A DNA stretch of 64,000 nt from Lama guanicoe (Eukaryota): contig MU053934.1 of assembly GCA_013239625.1 (NCBI GenBank), positions 12,435,413 to 12,499,412 of the forward strand, in the 5' to 3' direction. The notes under the pieces were generated by a model. The model worked only from the letters and a program-made list of their open reading frames with translations, had not been told where the DNA came from and searched no databases. Made by a program: the position numbers and the translations under genes. Positions 12,001-24,000 of this stretch are shown here, one piece after another; the first letter of the stretch is position 1, and every line of letters begins with the position of its first letter.

Positions 12001-15000
12001 TCAGTTCTCCTGTAATTTTGAAGACTCCATAGGTGTCTTCCAGCTCCTAGTTCCAGCCCCGTGGCTGACCAGTCTCACGTAGCTTTCCTCGGGCATTTAG
12101 GGCCTTGTCTTACCCTGTTGTTCTGGGATCTCCTGGCAGTGTGACATGTTCCCTGGGTCAGGACAGGGGCCTCTCAGAAACAGCACCCACAACCCAGGAG
12201 AGTTTTTTGGTCAAAGAGTTTGGGAGAAATTAGTATAAATAAGTACAAAACTAAGCAAACGAAACGGGGAGGAGGGGCTGGAAGTCTTACTGCACCAGCG
12301 CCTCCACCTGCCTCGTGCCCATGGTCTCAGCCAGGCCCCTTGGGAGCTGTGTGTCTGGCTCTCCTCACCCCGCCCGAGGCAAGAGACTTGCAGGCGCACC
12401 CAGCCTTCCTCCCACCACCACTCCCTGCCTTCCGAGTTCATCTCCGCCTCAGACAATGCAGAGAGGAAGAAGGCAGACCTGTGTGTTCCGTCAGCCACAA
12501 GGAGCCAAACGTCTGCTCCCTGTGCGCACTGTACGCCCTGTCAGAGCAGCTCCTGGTGGTGAGATACCGAGGCAGGTCTCAGTCCCTCCAGCTGGGTGCA
12601 GCCTTCGCTAGATAACAGCAGTACCTGGTGGCTCAGCGGGCCACACGCGGACACACGTGAGTGCACGTGCCCGACGTATGCCCACGTGTGTGCCCACATG
12701 TATGTGCCCACGTGTGCGTGCGTGCGCACACGTGCTCAGGAGACAGGGTGGGGCCTTTCTGTGTGCTCTGGAAAAGCTTCCCACGCTTTTCTCTGGAGCT
12801 TGCATCTCCCTGTTGTCCTGTTGTTTGGAGCCTGGTGGACACCTCCCCGCCCATGTCCTGGGGGCCCTATTTGGCCTTCCGTGTGCACTCTGAGAAGGCT
12901 CTCCGGCCTCTGCCCCTGGCGGCTGTGCCCTCTGCCCTGCCGGTCACCGCGGTGCATGTCCATGGTGCAGAGCTGCCCTGTCCAATCCTTGTAACAATCC
13001 TGTGAGGTGGGCGCTGGCCACACCTCTGTCTGGGCCTCTGTGTGAAGTTGGCAGGTCCCTCACACCTGGCTGCCCACTCGGCACTGTTTCTCTGAGCTCC
13101 AGGAGGCACTTTCTTCTCTGGGCTGAGGAGGAACACCTGTTTCCTCCCCGCCACATGCGGTCGACTGCCCCACTCCACCAGCTGTTTCCTCTAGAGTCTC
13201 GCAAACCCAGGCCCCCCAGCTGGTCCGCAGTGACCACCATCATTTGTGCTCGTGCTGGGGTCCGTGTTGGTGGCTCATTGAGGCGACCTTCATCTAGGGC
13301 TCACTGTGCTGGGCGCTGGGGGTGTACTCGAACCTCCACGTTCAGATGCGGACGCCCAGACACACAGAGGGCAGGTCATGTGCCCAAGGCTGCACAGCGT
13401 GTCCCTGTCGTGCTGCTCTGCCCTGCAGGACGCTCTCCCAGGTTCCTGCCTGCTCGGCGCTGGGTGCGCTCGCCTGTGCCCCCAGATGTGCTGCATGTGG
13501 CAGCAGGCATTGTCACTGCTGCGCTGTGGGGCTCTGTCAGGGGCCATACAGGGAGCACAGTGGTACAGGGTTACATGTAACGGGATGAGGGTTACTTAGT
13601 ATCTGGTCATTTTTATCAAATGAATCATAAATGATTTACATATATTGGTGTTTCTTTTTTTTCTTTTTTTGGTGGGGGGAGGTAATTAGATTTACTTATT
13701 TATTTATTCTTAGAGGAATTACCGGGGCTTGAACCCAGGACCTCATGCATACTAGGCATGCGCTCTACCACTTGAGCTATACCCTCCCCCCCATATTGGT
13801 GTTTCTTAGCAATAACTTGCCTGCAAAACACCTCAGAACTGGGGCTGCCTTGTAAGCTGCTGATGTGGCATCTCATCAGTGTGGGAACAAGCCGGGTCTG
13901 TGCTTGGTGCTGTCAGTGCAGGAGGGGCGTGGAGGAGGGAGGACAGAGGACCAGAGAGAGGAGACCCTGGAAGATGAGGAAAGGTCCTGGAGAGGGTGGG
14001 GAGAGGGCCAGTACCTATAGGGTGTCAGAGGTCAGGGTGTGAGGAGCCTGGAACAGGTATGATGTGAAAGCTGTCAAGCTCCGGTTAGTCAGAAATGCCA
14101 GTTTGTCACAGAATAAGCATTTTCAGTCTGCTCCAAGAATATCTGTGTTCTTGCCCGTGGACCTGCTTCCTAAGAGGCAGATTATTTCAGTAGCTTCCTG
14201 ACAGTTGGAGAAGTCTAATTTCACCTCCAGTTGCTTGCCCTGTGCCCCTCTAGGTACCCAAACATGGCCTGCGAGCTGCTGACGTGCGACGTGCCACAGA
14301 TCAATGACCGGCTGGGAGGGGATGAGGCTTTGCTGAACCTTCTTTACAGCTTCTTGGACCGCGAGCCGCCCCTCAATCCTCTGCTCGCCAGTTTTTTCAG
14401 CAAGACCATTGGCAATCTAATTGCAAGAAAAACTGAACAGGTGATCGTCTGCCAAGTCCACGTGGTTGGGAGGGCTGGCGTGGATGGTGCTGACACGTCT
14501 TGGCGACAGCCGTCGCTCTGTGACCCCTATCATTAGGCTGTGGGGCGCAGAGATCTGACTCTCCTGCGGGACACACGTGGAGCAGGCTGGGCTACTGCTC
14601 TGTGAATTAGAATTTGGTTGAGAAAGCGGCTTCCCAAGAGACAGTTCTGCTGACTGGCTCTGGAGTAAGCAGCGCTCCTGCCATCCCCGGGAGCTGCGCA
14701 GGGCCCCAGACCAGGGCAGCTTGTGCAGTTGCCGACCCGTCACAGACACACATCATGCCAGGACCTCAGATGCCTCTGCTGCTTCTGTGTAGGTGGCAGG
14801 TGTCTGTGTGTCTAGGCCACTTACTGTTTCAAAGCAAATAAAAGGAAACTTGCAGCAGTAGGTTTCTGTAGAGTAGTGTGAATCCAGCTGGAGCACGGTC
14901 TTCCTGGAGGCCTCACATCGCCCTGAGCACTGCGTTGAGAAGGCCGTCCTTCCTCGGCTGCTTTGCGGTGTCCCTCATGCCGCAGATGGGCAGTTTGACC

Positions 15001-18000
15001 TGTGTGTGTCCGTTTCTGTTCTGCTGTCCTGTTTGTGCTCACCAGCGTGGCTTAACCGCTGTAGCTTTATGAGTTTTGACATTTGGCAGAGTTAGGCTTC
15101 TCACTTTGTTTTTCTTTAAGATTGGTTTTTACTGTTCCTTGCCTTTGGCATTATTTTAGAAAGAGTGTGTCTCCTCTGCCCCTCAGAAAGCCTGTGGAAA
15201 GTCTGATCAGGCTTCGTCATCGATAGACTGGGGCTGACAGATTGTGGCCCACAGGCCAAAGCTGTCCTGCCACTTGTTTTTGTAAATGAAATTTTACTGA
15301 AGCTCAGTTGCTCCCATTTGTTTACACATTGTCTGTGGCTGGTTTTGTCCTATAGCAGAAGCTGAGTAGTTAGGGCCTCTTTAATTTCTCTCAGTGACGT
15401 AGTTCTCTGGGTAGTGGTCTTCCATGATTTTCATTGTATTTATTCTTAAGTAGTTGATGTGTTCCTGTTACTCTAAACAGTATCTTTTTATTGAAAAATT
15501 TTAGTGAGATAATTATAGGTTCACATGTAGTTGTATGAAATAACACAAAAATATCTTTTGACACCCTGCCCAGTTTCCTTCAACAGTGACATTTCATAAA
15601 ACACTAGTAAAATATCACAACCATGGTACTGACGTTGGTACAACCCACAGATCCTACTGAGATTTTTCCAGTTTCCCTTGTTGTCATTTGCGTGTGTGAG
15701 TATGAAGTTCAGTACAGTTTATTGGGTGTGTGGGTTGGTGTCTCCACCTTCACGGGTAAGATGCTGGACAGCTCCAAAGCCACAAGGCTTTGCCCTTCTG
15801 TAACTACTCCCACCTTCTCCCCGCCTCTGTCCCTTCACGCACCCCTAACCCCTGGCAACCACTAATCTGTTTCCATTTCTAAAATTTTGTTATTTCAAAG
15901 TGCTAGTTAAATTAAATCTTGTAATATGTAGCCTTTGAGGATTAGCTTTTTTTTCCAGCATAATTTGCTGAAGATTCATCCAAGTTGTTGAGTGTATCAG
16001 TAGTATGTTTCCTTTTATTGAAGAGTAGTGTTCCATGAGGTGAGTGGACCACAGTTTGTTCAACCATTCACATATTTGAAGGACAGCTGGGCGGATTCCA
16101 GTTTTTGGCAATTATCAATAAAGCTTCTGTTCTAATAATTTATATTCCTTTAAAAATTTATGTATGTACACAAGATCATGTCATCTGTGATTAATGACAG
16201 CGCTGTTTTATCTTTTGCAAACCTTATCATCTCTTTTTCTTGCCTTACTGCATTGACTGGGACTTGCAGTGCAGTGTTGCACTGAAGTGGTGGTGGTGGG
16301 CCTCTGTGTTTGATTTACTATCTCTGAGGAAAGACTTCCAGTGTTTTACAATGAAGTATGGTGTTTGTTGTCGAGTTTTTATAGATCTTTTAAAATCAAA
16401 GAGTAAGAAAATTTTCTTTATTCCTAGTTGTTTTAGTTTATGACAGGAGTGATTGTTGGAATGTGTCAGATGTTTTTACCGTACCTGTTGAGTTCATCAT
16501 AAGATTTTCCTTCCCCATTCTGTTAATAGGTAGATTCCACTGATTGGTTTTCTGATGTTAAACCAGCCTCGATTTCCTGCAATACAGCCAGCTTGGTTGT
16601 GATGTGTTACACGTTCTTTCATGTTGCTTTTTTTTATTTTTAAGAATTTTTCTATCTGTGGTCATCAGTGAGATTGGCTTATAATTTCCCTTTCTCATAA
16701 TGCCCTTGTTAGGCTTTTGGAATCAAAGTTTTATGTCCTTATACCATGACACAGGGCTTATTCTCTCACCTGACGTGCCCTGGAAGAGTCTGGTATAAGA
16801 CTGGGGTGATTTTCCTTTGAATGTTTGGTAGCCGTCTTCAGTAAGGCCATTCATTAGAACCTGGAGCTTTCTGTATGGGGAGGCTTTTAATTATAAATTT
16901 TGTTTCTTTTGATGCTTCAGAATTCTTTTCTTCTTGTCAGTTTACATAAGTGTGTTTTTCAAGGGAATTTTTCATGTTTCTAAGTGTACATAAGCTGGCG
17001 TACACTTGTTCCTGGTGACCTCCGGCTGTGGTCGTGCATCTGTAGGTGTGCAGGGTGTCCGAGGGCCTGCTCTGCTGTGCTTTCAGTCGTCCTCTCCAGG
17101 CGCCCCGTTGCTCCTTCCGCACGTCTCTCTCCTCCAGCTTCCTCTTCTTCGCCAGCACTTCTCAGCATGAGAGTGGCCAAGATTCCTTAACTGGGTGGCC
17201 CTTCTCAGGGCCGTTGTCCCTGGTGCAGCCTGAGTGTGCCTCAGCACAGCGGCCTGGACACACAGGCACTTCCTCTCTGGGCCAAGCTGAGCTGACCTTG
17301 CAGACAAGTGGCCACGGGGGACGCTGCCCCAGCAACTCCGCTCCACCTGCACCCAGCCCACCACACCCCCGTGGCTTTGTGCTCAGTCATCCACGTCTTG
17401 GCCCTGGTCACCAGCCGGCCATCCACCTGACCACCTCTGCCTCTTCTTTTCCAAAACCTCAGTCCTTTCCCTTCAGCTGCCTGTCAGCTCTCTGGGTTTA
17501 TGTCCCGTGTCCGATGGCTGCCACCCCCGGCTCGGCTCTGTCTGCGCTGGTGGCTTCTGCTGGAAGCACTTGAGCTGCTGCATGTGGACTGGTCGCTGCG
17601 CACAGCAGCTTGCGCTCTGACCCTGCTCTTGCGTGCCTGCGCCTGGCCTCCTGCCGACTCCTCTAGCCGGGGGTCCTCTCATAACCTGCGCCCCCGGCTC
17701 CCGGGACTCACCTATGTCCGGGCCTCTGCCTGTCCTTGCAGGGCTTTCCTACAACGTCTTCTAGGCCTTCCCATTATTTCTCTCAGTACTGTTGAAAATA
17801 AATCTTTCCCATGGCAGTCCTTGGGGGTAGTAGCCTCTCCTGGTGGTCAGGATCTCCCCGCTCATTTCTCAGGGGGCATCTGATTTCAGGTGATTGTGTT
17901 CTTGAAGAAGAAGGACAAGTTCATCAGCCTGGTGTTGAAGCATATCGGCACCTCCGCCCTCATGGACCTGCTGCTGCGTCTGGTCAGCTGCGTGGAGCCT

Positions 18001-21000
18001 GCCGGGCTCCGACAGGAGGTCCTGCACGTGAGTGTGTGGCCCTCCCGTGTGTGTGCCGTGTAGGTTCCCTGAGAGTGGGGGTCGGTGCCTGGCACAAGGA
18101 GGCCGGAGCCGGGTGAGGGTCCCTCTGGGCAGGTCACTGGGGCTTCTTGTCAAGGTTTGTATCCGAGGTCTGGCGTCCGCACCTTGCCTCTTGTCCTGCC
18201 CGGTCCACTCATGAGCCAAGAGCAGCAACGGCTTCCTCGCTTCCACCCCGCGGTGCGCGCCTGGGAGGGGACACTAGCCCATGAGGGTTCCACTCAGAGA
18301 AGCTGCAGAGGCCAGAGTTGGCCTGTTGTTTGTCCTGGAGCGTGTGCCTGTCTGTCCTGACAGTAGTCGCCTCCTGAGGGCTTTCCCTGAGAGAGAGAGG
18401 ATTCTCAGCCCAGAGGAGCCCAGGAAGAGTCAGTGTTGGACAAACTCTTCACGTTGTTTGGCAGGTTTTGTTTGTAATGCAATGTAAGATAGGTAAACTG
18501 TTGGGCCTTCTTGCCAGTTTTCTGGCTTCTGGAATCAGGTGGCAGTTGTTATCGAGGTGGCAGTTGTCACTCTTAGGTTCATAGCTCATTTCTCTGTGGA
18601 CCAGCCTCTGCTATAATTAATCCTCGTAGCAGATGTGCTGCAAGAGCAGCATGGATGTCAGCGTTGTTGAAGTCGGTGGGAAGCCTACGCTGACCCACGC
18701 TGAGCAGGTTGGGGCAGACCAGCCCATTCTCAGGCGAGGAAGTACGCTGGCGGGGCTGGGTCTGTGCGGCCCAGGTCAGCCCCTGGACAGCATGAAGCTC
18801 TGCAGCCTTCACGGTGCTCCTCCTGGTCTGGGAAGGGCCCAGACACCGCAGGGGCGCAGCTGGGCCTCTGTGTTGCGCCGGGTTGTGCACTGAGAGAGCC
18901 CCATCAGTGCGCGGGAGGCTCCAGGCTCCCCTTGTGCTGTCTTGGGAGAGGTCCTGAAAACAGCTGGTTCATGCATGTGTAAGAGTCTGAACCGTCAGGA
19001 CATGTGGACAGTGACTCCCTCCTTTGTAACCTTTGAGTCACTCTAGAATTCAGTCACTGCTGGTTCTTCCTGGATCTGGGTGGATGCGCAGGCGGGAGCA
19101 AGAGTCTCTGTCCCCAGAACTTGGTGGTGGACTTCTGCTGCATTGAAGGACTTCCTTTCCGTTCAGTCAGATGTGAGCAGAGTCACCGACAGGCCCTCTT
19201 CCCTTCCAGTGGCTCAATGAGGAGCAGGTCATCCAGAGGCTCGTGGAGCTGGTCCACCCGAGTCAGGACGAAGACGTGAGTGGGGGCTGACGGGGGCGGC
19301 GCGCCCTGTATTGCTGTCCTCAGATGAGGACCAGTGAGACACCACTCTTCCTTTAGTTGAGCACTGACTTCTAGACTTTTATTTTTACTAAAAAGTAATG
19401 CGTACATATTACAAAAAACAGTTCAGACGGAATTGTGTTAGTTTTCTGTGGCTGAGTCACAGATTACCCCAAAGCTGAGTTGCCTGGAGCAGTAAGCTTT
19501 TTATGTTAGTTTTTATGGCTCAGGGATCGGGCCCTCTGCCCAGGCTTTCACAAGACTGGGCACCCTGGCTGCCCGGGAAGGGCCTGCCCCCAGGGTCACA
19601 GTCACTGGGCAGGACTACGTCCCGTGAGGACTGCTGGCTAAGGCCGCCCTCAGCTCCACACCCTGGGGCTTTGGCTTCTCGTGGAGCAAGCGCCCCTCAT
19701 GGAAGTGATGGCCCTCACTGGCTGCGTTCTGCTCCCGTGAGTGGCTGGTTCCAGCCTGTACTCACCCGCAAGGAGGCAGCTCCGGAGGAAACCCCCTGTG
19801 GCAGAAGCATGCAGGGTGGCTGCGGTGTCACTGTGGAGAGTGTGAGGTATGTCCCGATAGGCCTGTTTCCACAGGTGCCAAAACTGAACACGCCTGCTCT
19901 CCTCCGCACTTTTGAGAACGGGGTGCTGACTCCTGTCTGAGCCTTTGCTGCCGTCAGTCCCGCCGGCCCACAGGGCTGGCCAGGTGGCTGGGGGTCTGTA
20001 CTCCGGGTGGGGAGGAGGGTGCACTACAAGCTGCCTGGTTCCTTCCCAGCCTGGAGGCCAATTTGGATGCTTTCATTGTTCCCTAAAATAGTCACCAGCA
20101 CTTCCTTCGGCCCAGTGTCCCGTGGGGCTGCTTCCTGCTTAGCTGCCCCTGCGAGGAGACAGGGGCTGAGTTTCTCCCTAAGTTGTATTCATCTGCCCCA
20201 CAGAATAACCCCCACACTGTTGGCAAATGCTTGGAATCAGAGATTCTAAGTTTTCATAGGGTTAATGCTTCCCTAGAAAAATCTTCTGTTTTCTCTGTAG
20301 CAACTCTCATGTCATTAGCTCACAGGACTCATTCTGGATATTAGAGCTACTTGTCAGTTTAAAGACAACCTCAGTAACGTGGGCAGACACGTAGTGTAGC
20401 TCAGAAATGTGTCTGAGGGACAGAGCAGTATCTGGCATGTTTGACCGTTGAGGCCCCCTTTGAACTCTGGGGGACAGAGCAGTGGCTAAAACGTGTGGCC
20501 AGATCTGCACCCTGACAGTGAAAGGCTGACCAGGCGTCTCTGAAATGAAGCATCCTGGAGCGAGTCCAGCATCTCAGGGGACTGAGCCGTGGGAATCGCT
20601 CTGACTGTGCAGCCTTGGCTGTGTGGACGCTTGTCCGTGGCCCTGAGGGGAGCTGTGTGTCTCCCTGTCTTTTCAGAGGCAGTCCAATGCTTCCCAGACG
20701 CTCTGTGACATCATCAGGCTGGGCAGAGAGCAGGGCAGCCAGCTGCACGAGGCTCCAGAGCCAGACCCCCTCCTCACAGCACTGGAGTCGTGAGTGCTGG
20801 GCGCGTGCTGGCGGGCCTGGGGGGGACGGCCTCCACGCCTGCTCCAGGCTCCCACAGGCACTGCCGCCTTCGCTGGTTGTTTGTAATGAGCTGGCTGTGA
20901 AGGGCTTGTCCTCATCCAGTCACCTGGATGGGCCCCTTCTCACAGGAGGGGTCTCTGGGGGCCTCCTAGCAGGTGCGGAGAGTGCAGGCCAGCCAGGGCA

Positions 21001-24000
21001 GGGGCGTCCTGAGAGCCTGGGTACCTGGGCCGAGCCCTGAGCAGAACCCCTCTGGGGTGCAAGGCGTTGCCCCGCCATGGGTAGGCCCTGCCCTTTCCAA
21101 CCTGGTCTGTGCGTCTGCACCAGGAGGTGGTGACCCCATGTGTCCGACAGGCAGGACTGCGTGGAGCAGCTGCTGAAGAACATGTTCGATGGAGACCACA
21201 CGGAGCTCTGCCTTGTCAGCGGGACGCAGGTGCTGCTCGCCTTGCTGGAGACCCGGCGGGCCGGGTGAGTCTCCCGAGAGGGAGTATGCCACCCGGAGCA
21301 GGAGTGACACTTAAGGGACCTGGGGCCCAGAGGGGCGGTCCGTCTGGGCATGCCCTGTCTTCTGATCACTTCCTGATTTTTCAAGTGATCACACAGATGG
21401 ACTCTCCTTGTTGGAAAGTTGAACTTCACGGCTATGGCCGTGTTCCCTTTGACCTTCACGGTCAACCTGGTTCCCACCTCAGCCCAAAGGCACCGCTGTT
21501 GCCAGTTTGGAAAGCGTTTGGACTTGTCTGTGGAGCACACACGGTCAGCTGGCTTCCCCAAGGACTGTCCCAATGAGTCAGCACCCACAGCACCCTTGTA
21601 GGCTGTGCGTGTGTGGTGTGGAGGGTGTGTGGCGTGTGCGCTGTCTGCTCTGTTCGCTGTGCTGTGCCACCACCCAGCACGCTCCCCGGGCGGCTGCAGT
21701 CCCCGTGTCCATGTCTGGGGGAACTTCACTGTGGCCCCCAGTGCTCACAGCCTGCATTTTTTTTAAAAGAAAGAAAAAAAAACAAACGACGGGAAATTGA
21801 GTCAGTCTCAGTGGTGACATGATTAGCAGTCTCTCTCTCTCTGGTGCCCAGTTCATATTTATTAGTTTATTACCTAAAAATGGACTTCTGAGGTTAGTGT
21901 CGTTTCCCCATCAGATGCCAGGATACTGCTTTTCATCTCCACGAGCCCAGGGTGCCTGGCCCCTCCCCAGGGCCCTGCCCAGCCTGGGACAGCATGAAAA
22001 TGAGGAAACAGAGAGGAGCCAGCTGATTTTCTTTGCTTTTTAAAAATCTTTTTATGTATTTAAACATTTTTTTCTACAATGATTGTGTATTACTTTTATA
22101 TTTGGCAAAGTGTTTCAATAAAAATCTCAGAAAAATTAGCTGGATAAAGCCAAGGGAACAATGTGGGCTGGTTCTGTCTCTGTCACTGAGGAGTGGGGAG
22201 GCAGGAAGCGGAACCAGTTCCAGTGAATGTGACGTCCATAGCTGCTGGGCTGGCCCCCGGGCATGGCCCCCATACGATCAGGGGCCTTCCTGGAGACGTG
22301 AGTGGACACGTTTGTGGGCGTCCCCGTGTCTCCACCTGCCTTCTCGTCCACAGGACAGAGGGCTTGGTGGACGCTTGCTCTCAGGGACTGGACAGGCCGT
22401 GCACCGTCAGCAGCGGCATCCTGCATGGCATTGAGCCGCGGCTGAAGGACTTCCACCAGCTTCTGCTCAGCCCGCCAAAGGTAGGTAACTTTGAGCAGAG
22501 GCTGGGGCTGTGGAGACGACATGGGCTGGGTCACTTGTAATCGGAGGACTCCACACATCATCCAGCCAGGGTGGGTGCACTCAGACGCTGCTGTCCCCAG
22601 ACCCCAACTGAGAACCATAGACAGGTGCCAGAGGCATGTTTCAGACCCCATGTGCCGTGTCCATCTCGTCTTAGGTGAGGCCTGGGACTTGGACGTTTTG
22701 CTGCCCCCCAGATGGCTCCTGCATTCTCAAATGCGGAGTTGTCTGAGGACCCGAGTTCATTGTAGGCCTGGCCTCTGAGCTGGGGACACCTAGCCTAGGC
22801 TCAGGGATCCTGGGGGAGACCCTTTGTTCAGCTGGGCAGCTCTGGGCAGTGAGTGGTGATGTTGAGGATAACTCACTCCTCCACCACCTCAGTCCCTCTG
22901 AGCAGCCTAGGGTTCCCGCCCCTCTCAGCTGATGGCCCCTTCCCTTCCCTCTAGTGCTTCTCCTTGGCATGCACCACGGTCTGCCGTGCTGTTTATCATG
23001 TTTACCAGCTTGCTTCTGGTCTGCCCCCCACTGGAAAGGAAGCTTCATGAAGGCAGGGATTCTGGAACATTCTGTTAATGAAAAGATGGATGCACTGAGT
23101 TGCATGTGCGGTTCACCCTGTCCTACAGGCCAGCTTTGTCATCAGTCTCCTCTGAGTATGTCAGCTCATTGTCTTGAGACTGTGTCCCAGAGAGTGCTGC
23201 CCCATGTTGGTTGCATCTTGTATGCCGAGGCCACCTCCCTTGGGCTGGCCACCTGAGACCAGGGTGCCCTGGGCTCCCGGGAGCAGAGGTCCAGCCTTGG
23301 TCACTCTTTTGTGAGCCCTGAGGGGAGCGGTGGGGTTTTTAACCCTGCTGCCCCTCATTTCCTCCTGCAGGCAGCGCTGCCTTGAGGACCCCCTCCAGCT
23401 GGGCCACGCCATGCAGCTGCAGCCCTGGCCCTTTGACACTTGGCACCTGAGCTAAGAGAAGCCCACGGTGGTCACAAGGCTCCAACTGGGCGGGGCTTCT
23501 GTGTTTGCAGAAAAAAGCGATCCTGACCACCATCGGCGTGCTGGAGGAGCCCCTGGGCAGCGCCCGTCTGCACAGCGCCCGCCTCGTGGCTGCACTGCTG
23601 CACACAAACACGCCCAGCATCAACCAGGAGCTCTGCCGGCTCAACACCATGGGCTTACTGCTGGTGAGCGGCACCGCTGCCCCCGTGCCTGCCCGTGCAT
23701 CCTCCGTGGGCTGCAGCGGGGTGGGGGGCAGGCAGCTGGACCTCAGCCCCTGGGCAAGGGGCTGCCTAAAAGGGGACCCTGGTTTGGTCCTGGACCAGGC
23801 ACAGTCCATGCAGAGAGACTGTCTCCTGCCCCCAAGGCTTGACGTGAGAGCCCAGGTCTGATTCCCCCGTTTGAGGGGATGAAGCCCATCTCCTTTCTGA
23901 TTCCTGCCTTGAGAGAGAACTCCGTAGCTCTTCAGCACAGAACAGCCCAGGAGAGCAGCTCCTCAAGTGCACAGCACGGCAACGCCGGCGAGCTGCCCCC

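Noticed and set aside
13720..13792. tRNA-like sequence with A and B boxes (also at 26880, 27550, 54585)
   Set aside because: SINE heads followed by tails and flanked by TSDs; not tRNA genes.
20920..21729. 269-aa minus-strand ORF with protein-like composition
   Set aside because: Overlaps PPP6R2 exon 6 in antisense and what looks like a decayed L1ME 3' UTR; no recognisable domain.
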